55,066 nt of DNA from IMG/VR virus record IMGVR_UViG_3300014790_000001; one strand, 5' to 3'. The notes beneath the pieces were generated by a model. That model had not been told where the DNA came from and ran no database searches. It saw only the letters and a list, made by a program, of their open reading frames with translations. Positions 42,277 through 50,550 of the stretch are shown here, piece by piece. Position 1 is the stretch's first letter. Every line of letters begins with the position of its first letter. The DNA comes from a virus. A program made the position numbers and the translations under genes.

Positions 42277-42544
42277 CACGCTCTTTTGAGCATGAGTAAT
42301 GGACACCATCATACAAGTAAGAGATATTCACGATTGATATAGCGATTCTGGAATGATTGATGATTTCGAAGTGAACGATCAGTTCATTATCATCTTTCAG
42401 CTTGAAGCCGATAGGAATAAATTCTATCTTTCTCCGAGATTGAAACAAGTTCCATGCAGTACCGACAGCACCGAAAACTGCGATAGCAAAAGTTACATTT
42501 TCTCTTGTGAATAATTCTTGCATGAAATTAAAAATGGCGTGCAT
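41990..42544 (-). CDS. membrane-anchored hypothetical protein
   Basis: ATG 42544. TM segment VTFAIAVFGAVGTAWNLF, then a beta-rich domain. Its last ~95 codons are antisense to 41923-42276 and look like shadow sequence. Confidence 0.45.
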   Translation of the reverse strand: MHAIFNFMQELFTRENVTFAIAVFGAVGTAWNLFQSRRKIEFIPIGFKLKDDNELIVHFEIINHSRIAISIVNISYLYDGVHYSCSKERAIGESIYHERMRLKNLTDFYTQPFPLQLVGLGGTSEYIRFELPPEIHPDFSKPQSFQVSSNRGKATEMKLLLTDSDSSSLRKYRIPTLIRSFFRK

Positions 42545-42606
42545 TATACAACCTCTTTTCTTTAGTATTTGAAAAATTATAACACAAAAAAGGGGTGATA
42601 ACAAAG

Positions 42607-42798
42607 ATGATAACTGCATCGGTTATTTGCGCGGTATACGGGATAACTGCATTGATTGTGGCGTTTATCGTAACAGAAATCGAAAAACCGTTCTGGTTGT
42701 TCTTGAGAGTGCCATATTTGACTTGCAGTTCACAGATGTCAATAAATCTGGCAATGGCATTACTTCTGTTTTACTACATTGGACAAGTCAATGCATAA
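42607..42798 (+). CDS. small two-TM membrane protein
   Basis: Hydrophobic segments ASVICAVYGITALIVAFIV and INLAMALLLFYYI. Confidence 0.5.
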   Translation: MITASVICAVYGITALIVAFIVTEIEKPFWLFLRVPYLTCSSQMSINLAMALLLFYYIGQVNA

Positions 42799-42826
42799 CA
42801 TAAATTGAATACAGGGAGGTGACAAC

Positions 42827-42991
42827 ATGGAACAGGACAAACTTTTAAAAGTAGATAAAACCATTGAAAAACTGTGTGACTTTTTGCAGAAAGAAACAGA
42901 ACGTGCTGAATCTATTTATGAAAGTCAGGAATTGGCCGAAATGACAAAAGCTCTGGCTGAGCTGATGTCTGCCAGAGCAAAGTTTGATTAA
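42827..42991 (+). CDS. hypothetical helical mini-protein (54 aa)
   Basis: AGGGAGGTG before ATG 42827. Hand-translated. Confidence 0.5.
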   Translation: MEQDKLLKVDKTIEKLCDFLQKETERAESIYESQELAEMTKALAELMSARAKFD

Positions 42992-43004
42992 AGGAGGTTA
43001 CAAC

Positions 43005-43283
43005 ATGAATCCTAAATTTGCATTGGTGCAGATAGGAAAGAGCACAAACGTTTTCATTGATGGTAAATACATCACAAATGGCATAGAAGACTTGAACTAT
43101 CACGCAAGAAATGAAAGCGGAGAGTTGTGTCCGACCGTAGAAATGAGAATCAATATTCAAGAATTTTCTTTTGATGATGGTATTACGTTTGAACAGTTTG
43201 TGGAATCAGTAAACAGTAAAAGAAAAACCCTGAGTGAAGTTGCTGAAATGGCTGATAGCAAGGACACTCAGGGAAATGATTAA
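43005..43283 (+). CDS. hypothetical protein
   Basis: AAAGGAGG before ATG 43005. Confidence 0.6.
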   Translation: MNPKFALVQIGKSTNVFIDGKYITNGIEDLNYHARNESGELCPTVEMRINIQEFSFDDGITFEQFVESVNSKRKTLSEVAEMADSKDTQGND

Positions 43284-43486
43284 AGAAGAATATCTTCTGA
43301 GATTTTGATACATCCATTGATGCTATTTGTTTTATGGATGCAGTGATTCTCGACTAATTCCTCTATTGCAGAATCATGATTAGGGAAATCCATGTAAGAG
43401 AAATAATAAAACTTATTTTCTTTCGTGTCTCTGTAAATATCCAAAAGGTATTTTAAGAAATTTTCTGCATTAGTACTTAATACCAT
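43280..43486 (-). CDS. hypothetical mini-protein
   Basis: AAAGGAG before ATG 43486. 4-nt tail-to-tail overlap with 43005-43283. Confidence 0.45.
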   Translation of the reverse strand: MVLSTNAENFLKYLLDIYRDTKENKFYYFSYMDFPNHDSAIEELVENHCIHKTNSINGCIKISEDILL

Positions 43487-43663
43487 AATTGAAACTCCTT
43501 TCTGGATTACTCGGCATGGCAGTGCCTGTATAAACAGTATAGGAGAATCCAGAAGAAAAGACAAGGAGAGTGATGGCAAAGATGAAAAGAAAGCTAGATC
43601 AATCAACGGTGGCAATAATCATCGGAGTTACATCAATAGTCAAAAATGTTATTGGAGGAAGTA

Positions 43664-44320
43664 ATGTCGTTAAGAAGTGAGAACAAAAATATTTATTGGG
43701 CGTGGAAATCTATGAAGCAACGTTGCAAAAATCCTAATTGTAAAGCTTACAAAAACTACGGAGAGCGTGGGATAAAAGTATGCGAAGAATGGGAAGAATT
43801 TGAGCCATTTTTAAGTTGGAGTTTGTCTAATGGATATTCAAAAGGACTTGATCTCGACAGGAAAGATAATGACGGAGATTATACGCCGGATAATTGCAGA
43901 TGGATATCGAGAGAAGAAAACATAAACAACCGAAGAAATACAATTAAAATTTCTGTCAATGGTGAAACACTTCCAGAAACTGTATGGGCAAGAAAAATAG
44001 GGGTTGACCGTGCACTTATAAAATATTGGATTCGATCAAATGGAGAACGATATGCAGAAAAGAGAATTAGCGAAATTTTAGAGAATGGATATACCCCTAA
44101 AGATTACGGATATAGTCACAGGAAGCCTGTAAGGCATTTGGAATCCGGAAAGACATTTCCTTCCATTAGAGAAGCAGCTAAATATTTCAAAATTACACCT
44201 TGCACAATTTCAAATGCGTTAAGGCAGAACCGTGCTACAGGCAAAGGCAGATTCGAGCTGGAAGAAACTTCAGAAACATCCGGCAACGTTGTAAGACAAA
44301 AAGGCAGTAAAAAAGCCTAA
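43664..44320 (+). CDS. free-standing HNH-family homing endonuclease with IENR/NUMOD-like repeats
   Basis: YGERGIKVCEEW...LDLDRKDNDGDYTPDNCRWISREENINN plus a C-terminal KTFPSIREAAKYFKITPCTISNAL. Confidence 0.7.
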   Translation: MSLRSENKNIYWAWKSMKQRCKNPNCKAYKNYGERGIKVCEEWEEFEPFLSWSLSNGYSKGLDLDRKDNDGDYTPDNCRWISREENINNRRNTIKISVNGETLPETVWARKIGVDRALIKYWIRSNGERYAEKRISEILENGYTPKDYGYSHRKPVRHLESGKTFPSIREAAKYFKITPCTISNALRQNRATGKGRFELEETSETSGNVVRQKGSKKA

Positions 44321-44395
44321 AAATATTTATTTTTCAATGTATTCAAATTATTGGAAAGGTAAATGTGAAAATGGTAGTTGATTTTTGGTCAAATC

Positions 44396-44650
44396 GCAAG
44401 CCACTTAGCAAGCCACAACCCTTGAAAAATAAGGGCAAAACGGTAACTGGTCGCAAGCCAAACGTTACTCAGATAACAATCAATTGACAAGCCAAAATTA
44501 AAGAAATTTTCAAAAAATCTAAAATTTCGACAAGCCACTTGACAAGCAAATGACAAGCTAAAACCCTTGAAAAATAAGGCAAAACCGCTTGTCAAGTGAA
44601 AACGGTTAGCAAGCCACATAACAATCCATTAACAATCAATTCGCAAGCCA
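44396..44650. repeat. iteron array (putative origin of replication)
   Basis: 9 direct copies of RCAAGCYA (44396, 44408, 44453, 44487, 44530, 44542, 44553, 44609, 44643) and 1 inverted copy (about 44588). Two copies each of AACCCTTGAAAAATAAGG(G)CAAAAC and AACAATCAATTSRCAAGCCA. AT-rich tract at 44651-44706. Confidence 0.7.
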
Positions 44651-44871
44651 GTTAACAACAATAGAAGAATATAAAGAAGAATAAGAATAAAAAGAATATA
44701 GATATATGTCAGACGCAAACGGTCTGACGATAAAAGGGACATAAAAAGTGCCCCGCTGGTACTGGCATACCAGACAGGGCGGTGTACCGCTAAAGAACGC
44801 TTAGCGAATACAGGTTGATTATAACACATTCTCCTGTAATTCGCAAATCTGAAGAACAGGAGGAAGCACAC

Positions 44872-44979
44872 ATGACAATGGCAACAGAGATTATCCGCAA
44901 GCTGAAAAGAAAAATAATTTTTTGGCGTTGCTTATGGTTTGTCACATTCATCGCAATGCTGACACTTATGATCGGGTAG
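44872..44979 (+). CDS. hydrophobic mini-peptide (35 aa)
   Basis: AGGAGGAAG before the ATG. One TM segment. Confidence 0.4.
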   Translation: MTMATEIIRKLKRKIIFWRCLWFVTFIAMLTLMIG

Positions 44980-44989
44980 GAGGTAGCGC

Positions 44990-45073
44990 ATGGAAGACAA
45001 GCTTAACTACTACAGGATAGCACTTGTGATTACGCTATACGCATTGGCGGTTATGATAGCCGGATGTGTATAA
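44990..45073 (+). CDS. hydrophobic mini-peptide (27 aa)
   Basis: TAGGAGGT before the ATG. One TM segment. Confidence 0.4.
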   Translation: MEDKLNYYRIALVITLYALAVMIAGCV

Positions 45074-45154
45074 AAAAGAGTGCCGATGGAAAATCCAATC
45101 AAGCACTCAGAAAAACATTCAAGAAAATTATAACACATGAAAGGAGATTTGAAC

Positions 45155-45358
45155 ATGGGAGAAGAGAAAAAAGATAGCTTACAGAGCGTAATGGATGCAG
45201 TGGCATATATCGTGAGCGACTACGAAAATTCAGTACACGGATATGCCTACCAGAAAGCGCAACTGGACACGTTGAAAAGATTTGTCCGCAAAAACAGCTA
45301 TGTTGAGCGAGACATGATTTTAAAGTTAATGGGGTGGGATGAAGATGGAAAGCATTAA
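45155..45358 (+). CDS. hypothetical protein
   Basis: AAAGGAG before ATG 45155. Confidence 0.6.
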   Translation: MGEEKKDSLQSVMDAVAYIVSDYENSVHGYAYQKAQLDTLKRFVRKNSYVERDMILKLMGWDEDGKH

Positions 45359-45587
45359 AGGCTATGACCATTGGAAGACCATACCGCCGGAGCCGTAAGA
45401 AGAAAAACAAGAATATTGCACATGCTGTGGAAGACCTGTATACAGTGGTTACAGCTTATACACGTTTGACGGACAGGTGCTATGCGAAGAATGCGTGAAA
45501 GAGATCACAGGAGGGAAAGAAGATGGCAGAGATATGGATGATCTGCAAACCGGACTTAGAATACCGTATCGGGGCATATGCCTATGA
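45345..45587 (+). pseudogene. zinc-ribbon ORF interrupted by an in-frame TAA (45396-45398)
   Basis: MESIKGYDHWKTIPPEP-TAA-EEKQEYCTCCGRPVY...LCEECVKE. The downstream part has no start codon before the first CxxC. Confidence 0.55.
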
Positions 45588-45675
45588 AACAGATATGGAC
45601 AAGGCTTATGTGCATAAGCTTGCCGACAAGGTAGCAGAAAAAAACAAGTGTAAAACAATCGTGAAAGAACTTTAG
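45523..45675 (+). CDS. hypothetical mini-protein (50 aa)
   Basis: GGAGGG before ATG 45523. Hand-translated. Confidence 0.45.
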   Translation: MAEIWMICKPDLEYRIGAYAYETDMDKAYVHKLADKVAEKNKCKTIVKEL

Positions 45676-45687
45676 GAGGTAAACGAA

Positions 45688-46605
45688 ATGCAAAAATTGG
45701 AATTGACCATAAATCAGACGATGGGGGTTATCACCGGAAACTTTGAGGACATTAAGAAATCTCTTGAAACAGAGATGGCAGTGTATGAGACAAAGCAGTT
45801 TGCAGAAGAGGATAAGCAGAAAGCCAAAGGTGATTTGGCAGACCTCAGAAAGCTGAGAAAGGCAGTGAACGACCGCAAGGTTGAAGTGAAGAAAGAGTAC
45901 ATGAAGCCTTATGAAGTGTTTGAGGGCAAGGTGAAAGAGCTGATCGGAGTGATTGATAAACCTATCGCACTGATTGACGGACAGGTGAAAGAGTTTGAAG
46001 CAAAACGTGTAGAAGAGAAAAAAGCAGAAATCCAGAACCTGTACAACGAATTTGTGGAAGAAGAACTGCATGATTACATCCCACTGGAAAAAATCTACGG
46101 TGAGAAGTGGACAAATGCATCCACCACGATGAAATCTATCCGGGAAGAGATAAACTCAAAGGTTATGCAGACCAGACAGGATATTGCAACCATTAAGGCT
46201 ATGAAGTCTGAAAAAGAGGAACAGGCGTTGAACCTGTACATGGAGAACAACAACCTTGCTCTTGCTATCCAGATTATTAACCGCTACGAACAGGAAAAAG
46301 CGGAAATCTTACGGAGAAAAGAGAAAGAGGAACAGGAAAGACGTGATCGTGAACTCGAAAGAGAACGCGAGAGGGTAAGAGAAGAAGAACGTGCCAGAAT
46401 CCGTGAAGAGGAAAGACTTAAGACAGAAGCAGAACAGAAAGTCATCGACCAGATCAAGACGGTGGACGAAGTGAAAGCAGCGGAATTCACCACGGAAGAT
46501 TCGAAGACGGTAGTATTTACGGTTAAGGCTACGGATGCAGAACTGGAAGAGATTGAAATGGCATTAACTTCTCTAGGCGTTTACTTTGAAAGGAAAGATG
46601 TGTAA
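45688..46605 (+). CDS. DUF1351-like coiled-coil protein (recombination-module partner)
   Basis: TAGGAGGT before the ATG. Long E/K/R coiled coil. Sits directly upstream of the ERF gene, as in many Gram-positive phages. Confidence 0.55.
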   Translation: MQKLELTINQTMGVITGNFEDIKKSLETEMAVYETKQFAEEDKQKAKGDLADLRKLRKAVNDRKVEVKKEYMKPYEVFEGKVKELIGVIDKPIALIDGQVKEFEAKRVEEKKAEIQNLYNEFVEEELHDYIPLEKIYGEKWTNASTTMKSIREEINSKVMQTRQDIATIKAMKSEKEEQALNLYMENNNLALAIQIINRYEQEKAEILRRKEKEEQERRDRELERERERVREEERARIREEERLKTEAEQKVIDQIKTVDEVKAAEFTTEDSKTVVFTVKATDAELEEIEMALTSLGVYFERKDV

Positions 46606-47258
46606 TGGCAGAAGAAAAGAGCAAACGTGAACTTGATATCACAGAGAAGCTTTCCGAGATCCAGACAAGAATGGATGTACCGAAAGACAAGCATAACGAT
46701 TTTGGTGGATACGATTACAGAAGCGCAGAGAGTATCTTGAATGAGTTCAAGAAATATTCAAGGGAATACAATGTATCTCTTACGCTGAAAGATGAAATCG
46801 TGGAGATAGCCGGAAGAGTATACGTGAAATCGACAGCAACATTTATCGACTGCGAAAATGGTGGAGAAATATCTGTTCCGGCGTATGCACGGGAGCCGGA
46901 GACGAAACCGAAGATGGACGAATCACAGGTTACGGGATCCGCATCAAGCTACGCCAGAAAGTACGCCATGAACGCATTATTTCTTCTGGATGATGTAAAG
47001 GATCCTGAAACGAACGAATACGCGCAGCAGACGGGAGCCGATAAAAAGAGCGGTGGAAAGAAAGAACAGAAAGCCAATGACGGAAAGATTACACAAGGGC
47101 AGATAAAAGAACTTCGGAAGATATTTGAAAAAAACAAAATTGATGAAGTAAAGGCTATAGCCGGATACAGTGCACAGAAGATTGAAGATCTGACGCAACA
47201 GCAGTACGGGTGGTTCCGTGATAATCAGGAAGAAGCCAGAAAGATGTTTGGTGTGTAA
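46605..47258 (+). CDS. erf: ERF-family single-strand annealing protein
   Basis: ...FGGYDYRSAESILNEFK... and ...TGSASSYARKYAMNALFLLDD fit the ERF core. Confidence 0.7.
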   Translation: MAEEKSKRELDITEKLSEIQTRMDVPKDKHNDFGGYDYRSAESILNEFKKYSREYNVSLTLKDEIVEIAGRVYVKSTATFIDCENGGEISVPAYAREPETKPKMDESQVTGSASSYARKYAMNALFLLDDVKDPETNEYAQQTGADKKSGGKKEQKANDGKITQGQIKELRKIFEKNKIDEVKAIAGYSAQKIEDLTQQQYGWFRDNQEEARKMFGV

Positions 47259-47819
47259 ATGGACTATACAGGTACTTTTGATAGCTTGGCGGTGGATTTT
47301 GCCACCAATAAGCAAAAAGCCAGTCTAACGCTAAACGAAGACGCGAGACAGGCATTTGAGAACCTTAGAGGTAAGCAGATTACAATAACGATTAAGGCAT
47401 ACAAGAAAAAAAGAAGCCTCGATGCAAACTCTTATTTCCATGTACTGGTTGGAAAGATTGCAGATGCGACCGGGAACAGCAAGGTGTACATAAAGAATAA
47501 GCTAATAGCGGAATATGGACAGTACGAAACCATTAACGGTGCATTAGTTCCGCTCCCATTGGACGATGATATAGACGCATACAATGTGGAATTTGTTCAT
47601 CTGCAACCTACGTCTAGGACAACCACCAATCAGAAAGGAAAAGTATTCCGGGTGAATCTGGTAATGCGAGGTTCACATACTTACGATACCGATGAAATGT
47701 CAAAACTGATTGACGGGACTGTGTACGAAGCGAAAGAACTTGGAATAGAGACAATGACACCGAACCAGATTCAAGAGATGAAAGAAAGATGGGGTATGAA
47801 GATTGGCGAAAAGACTTAA
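47259..47819 (+). CDS. NinB/Orf-like protein (tentative)
   Basis: KKRSLDANSYFH resembles the NinB RSLDQN motif, and it lies in the recombination module. Confidence 0.35.
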   Translation: MDYTGTFDSLAVDFATNKQKASLTLNEDARQAFENLRGKQITITIKAYKKKRSLDANSYFHVLVGKIADATGNSKVYIKNKLIAEYGQYETINGALVPLPLDDDIDAYNVEFVHLQPTSRTTTNQKGKVFRVNLVMRGSHTYDTDEMSKLIDGTVYEAKELGIETMTPNQIQEMKERWGMKIGEKT

Positions 47820-48099
47820 AAGTGTATTCACTGACGATATGGAACACTGCTACTTTACAGGAAGCCCAAACTGCCACAGACACCACATTTTCTATGGTCC
47901 GTACAGAAAAAAATCGGAAGAATACGGATTTGTGATTCCGTTAGCACCACATTTACATGAATTTACGCCCGAGAGCGTACACGGGAACCCAAACAGTGGG
48001 TTGGACTTAGAACTTAAGCAAATGGCACAGAGATATTTTGAAGAACACTACGGAACAAGAGAAGAGTTCATACAGGTGTTCGGAAAGAACAGGTTGTAA
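47803..48099 (+). CDS. conserved-looking His/Cys-motif phage protein
   Basis: HCYFTGSPNCHRHHIFYG...HLHEF...VHGNPN. Family not recognised. Confidence 0.55.
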   Translation: MAKRLKSVFTDDMEHCYFTGSPNCHRHHIFYGPYRKKSEEYGFVIPLAPHLHEFTPESVHGNPNSGLDLELKQMAQRYFEEHYGTREEFIQVFGKNRL

Positions 48100-48241
48100 C
48101 TAAATAAATATAGATTCATGTGGCAAAAGGAACTATTAACAGGTTCTAACGCATATCATCTCACCCATTCGATATGCGTTAGAACAAGATATTGTATCAC
48201 GGCCGGAGAAGCCACACTCCGGCAGAAAGGAGAAAAAGCGT

Positions 48242-48604
48242 TTGGGAAAGAATAGAGAGACGGCAGAAAGCTATTTTATTCGAATACCGGATGGACATAG
48301 AAACGCAATACAACGTCCGTGCAACATGAATGTTGATAGAATCTTTCGAAGAATGATAGAGCATGCGAATAACAATGGTGACTGTATTGTGAATATTGGA
48401 GATGGCGTATTCAGACCGATTCCGGGTGATCCGGTAGATGAAAAAGCATTCCATGAATACATTGGGAAAGAATTACATAGAGCCAGAGCGATCCAGTATA
48501 AACGGCTCTGCATGAAGCAGACGTTTGAGAGTTGGAAAAAGATAGGTAGGGATTACAATGCATTACATTTTGATGGTGAAAGGCAAAATGAACAACATGA
48601 ATGA
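48242..48604 (+). CDS. hypothetical protein
   Basis: TTG start 9 nt after AAAGGAG. 120 codons. Confidence 0.5.
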   Translation: MGKNRETAESYFIRIPDGHRNAIQRPCNMNVDRIFRRMIEHANNNGDCIVNIGDGVFRPIPGDPVDEKAFHEYIGKELHRARAIQYKRLCMKQTFESWKKIGRDYNALHFDGERQNEQHE

Positions 48605-48929
48605 TTATATCCGGGCACTGAATACCAACAGGTACAAGGGAGCGGATATGAAGAAAGATAATGAATCCCGTGTGATGCAAGCTATATATGAGCAATTCGG
48701 AAGATTGCGAATAACAAGAAAAGTACGGATGCACTACCGATGGTATGAGCCGGACAAGAGACGGGATTTGGATAATGTGAGCGCATTTGGGCGAAAGTGT
48801 ATCCAAGATGCATTAGTAGATACCAAAGTCTTACAGGACGATGGATGGAAAAACATAGTTGGATTCACGGATGAATTCTATGTTGATAAGAAAAATCCGA
48901 GAATTGAGGTGGATATTGAAGAGGTGTGA
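48558..48929 (+). CDS. rusA: RusA-family Holliday-junction resolvase
   Basis: ...RRDLDNVSAFGRKCIQDALVDTKVLQDDGWKNI... fits the RusA catalytic Asp region. Start uncertain. Confidence 0.6.
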   Translation: MHYILMVKGKMNNMNDYIRALNTNRYKGADMKKDNESRVMQAIYEQFGRLRITRKVRMHYRWYEPDKRRDLDNVSAFGRKCIQDALVDTKVLQDDGWKNIVGFTDEFYVDKKNPRIEVDIEEV

Positions 48930-49648
48930 GCGAGAATTACATAAAACTTAGCAGAAAAATACTGGAATGGGACTGGTATCCAGATATAAAGACGTGTCGG
49001 TTATTCTTGCATATGTTACTAAAAGCCAACTGGAAAGATGCAAGCTTTCGGGGAGAAGAGATCAAAAGAGGATCATTTGTTTCTTCGACATCCGTTCTTT
49101 CGAAAGAAACAGGGTTGTCTGAGAGCGAACTGAGGACAGCACTTTCACATTTGAGAAAAACAGGTGAGATTACATGCAAAACAACAAACCGATATACCGT
49201 ATATACGGTGAATAACTATGCAAGATACCAGACCGAACAGAAGAATGAAAAAAAAGATAAGCCGATAAGACAGGAAGAAAAGCCGGAGAAAGACAATGGA
49301 TCCGTTGAAGCTGTCATAAAAGCTTGGAACGATTTGGAAAGCTACGGGATAAAACCTGTAAAGAAGATAGAAAAGACTTCCAAGAGATATCAGAATTTAC
49401 AAGCGAGATTAGAAAGCAACGGATTGGATGATGTCTTGAAAGCAGTGGACAATGTGAAGAAAAGCAAGTACTTACAAGGAAAAGTGAAGAACTGGAAGAT
49501 AACATTCGACTGGTTTGTGTTACCGAACAATTTCACAAAAGTTTTTGAGGGACAGTACGAGGATAGCGGACAGGAGAAAAAAGGATTTAATAATTTCGAT
49601 GGCCGGAACTATGACATGAATGATCTAGAGAGAAAGCTTATTACATAG
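48926..49648 (+). CDS. replisome-organizer / DnaD-like protein with a conserved phage C-terminal domain
   Basis: N-terminal winged-helix-like region (...SESELRTALSHLRKTGEI...). C-terminal ...VIKAWNDL...SKYLQGK...WKITFDWFVLPNNFTKV. Confidence 0.6.
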   Translation: MSENYIKLSRKILEWDWYPDIKTCRLFLHMLLKANWKDASFRGEEIKRGSFVSSTSVLSKETGLSESELRTALSHLRKTGEITCKTTNRYTVYTVNNYARYQTEQKNEKKDKPIRQEEKPEKDNGSVEAVIKAWNDLESYGIKPVKKIEKTSKRYQNLQARLESNGLDDVLKAVDNVKKSKYLQGKVKNWKITFDWFVLPNNFTKVFEGQYEDSGQEKKGFNNFDGRNYDMNDLERKLIT

Positions 49649-49658
49649 GAGGAAGAAT

Positions 49659-49820
49659 ATGGAAAAACCGGATGGATGCACTTATCCAAACTGTTTTATC
49701 TGTCCTTTGGCAGACTGTAGTTGGGCGAGTGCTAAAGCTGAATTACCTGGAGAAACAAAGAAAAAGCGGAGAATAGTAAGACGTAGCAAAAAAGAACGAT
49801 GTTCGGAGGTGACTTTGTGA
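49659..49820 (+). CDS. Cys-rich mini-protein (53 aa)
   Basis: TAGGAGGAAG before the ATG. CTYPNCFICPLADC. Confidence 0.45.
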   Translation: MEKPDGCTYPNCFICPLADCSWASAKAELPGETKKKRRIVRRSKKERCSEVTL

Positions 49821-49922
49821 CAAGACAGGAACTGGAAGACAAAGAGCAAGAGGAATATCTTGCGGAGTGGTTAAGAAAAAAGAAAGAGAAAAAGAAGAAA
49901 TTTAATTTTAGGAGGAACAAAA

Positions 49923-50550
49923 GTGGGAGAAGTAATAAAAGCTTATAAAGGATTAAACAAAGATATGACTTGCAGAGATTTCCAGTATGAAGAGGGGAAA
50001 GAATACGAAGAAGAAAAAGCCGAAGCGTGCAACTGCGGATTTCATGCATGCGAGCACCCGTTAGATTGCCTTGGATATTATGATCCGGCACACAGTGTAT
50101 ATCATGAAGTCGAACAGAGTGGAGAGATATCGAAAAGATCTGATGATACGAAAGTAGCATCTACGAAGATTAAGATTGGGGGCAAGAGTGAGCATTGCCG
50201 GATTGGTACAGGCAGCTATCGAATATACGAAAGAAAGAGTTAAGCCAGAAGCAGAAGCTAATAAGGACTATGGGGCATCCAGTGCGACAGCCTACAAGGG
50301 AAAGTCGGCAGCAGAAAACCAAAATAGCGTAGCTGTAGCTTGGGGGCCAGAAGCAATGGCAAAAGGTGTAAAAGGATCCACACTTGTCCTTGCGGAATGG
50401 AAACGGATTGATAATGATGCATGGTACTGGGAAGAAGAAGCGTGGGAATTCGTAGAATCGTTAATGGTTCGTGTGGATGGAGAAAAAGTAAAAGAAAACA
50501 CATGGTACACATTAAAGAATGGTGAACTCGTGGAGGTAGAAGATGAATAA
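49923..50550 (+). pseudogene. phage protein (GFHAC-motif family) split by a +1 frame change at a G5 run
   Basis: Frame 1 reads ...TKIKIGG and then junk. Frame +1 from 50176 reads ARVSIAGLVQAAIEY.... The G5 run is at 50178-50182. AGGAGG before GTG 49923. Confidence 0.55.

Noticed and set aside
44389-44871. Possible CRISPR array, or real minus-strand genes, in the repeat-rich region
   Set aside because: The repeats are only 8-9 bp (plus two 20-26-bp pairs), irregularly spaced, with no uniform spacers. The two long minus-strand ORFs are low-complexity translations of the iterons. An origin-type iteron array explains the region better.
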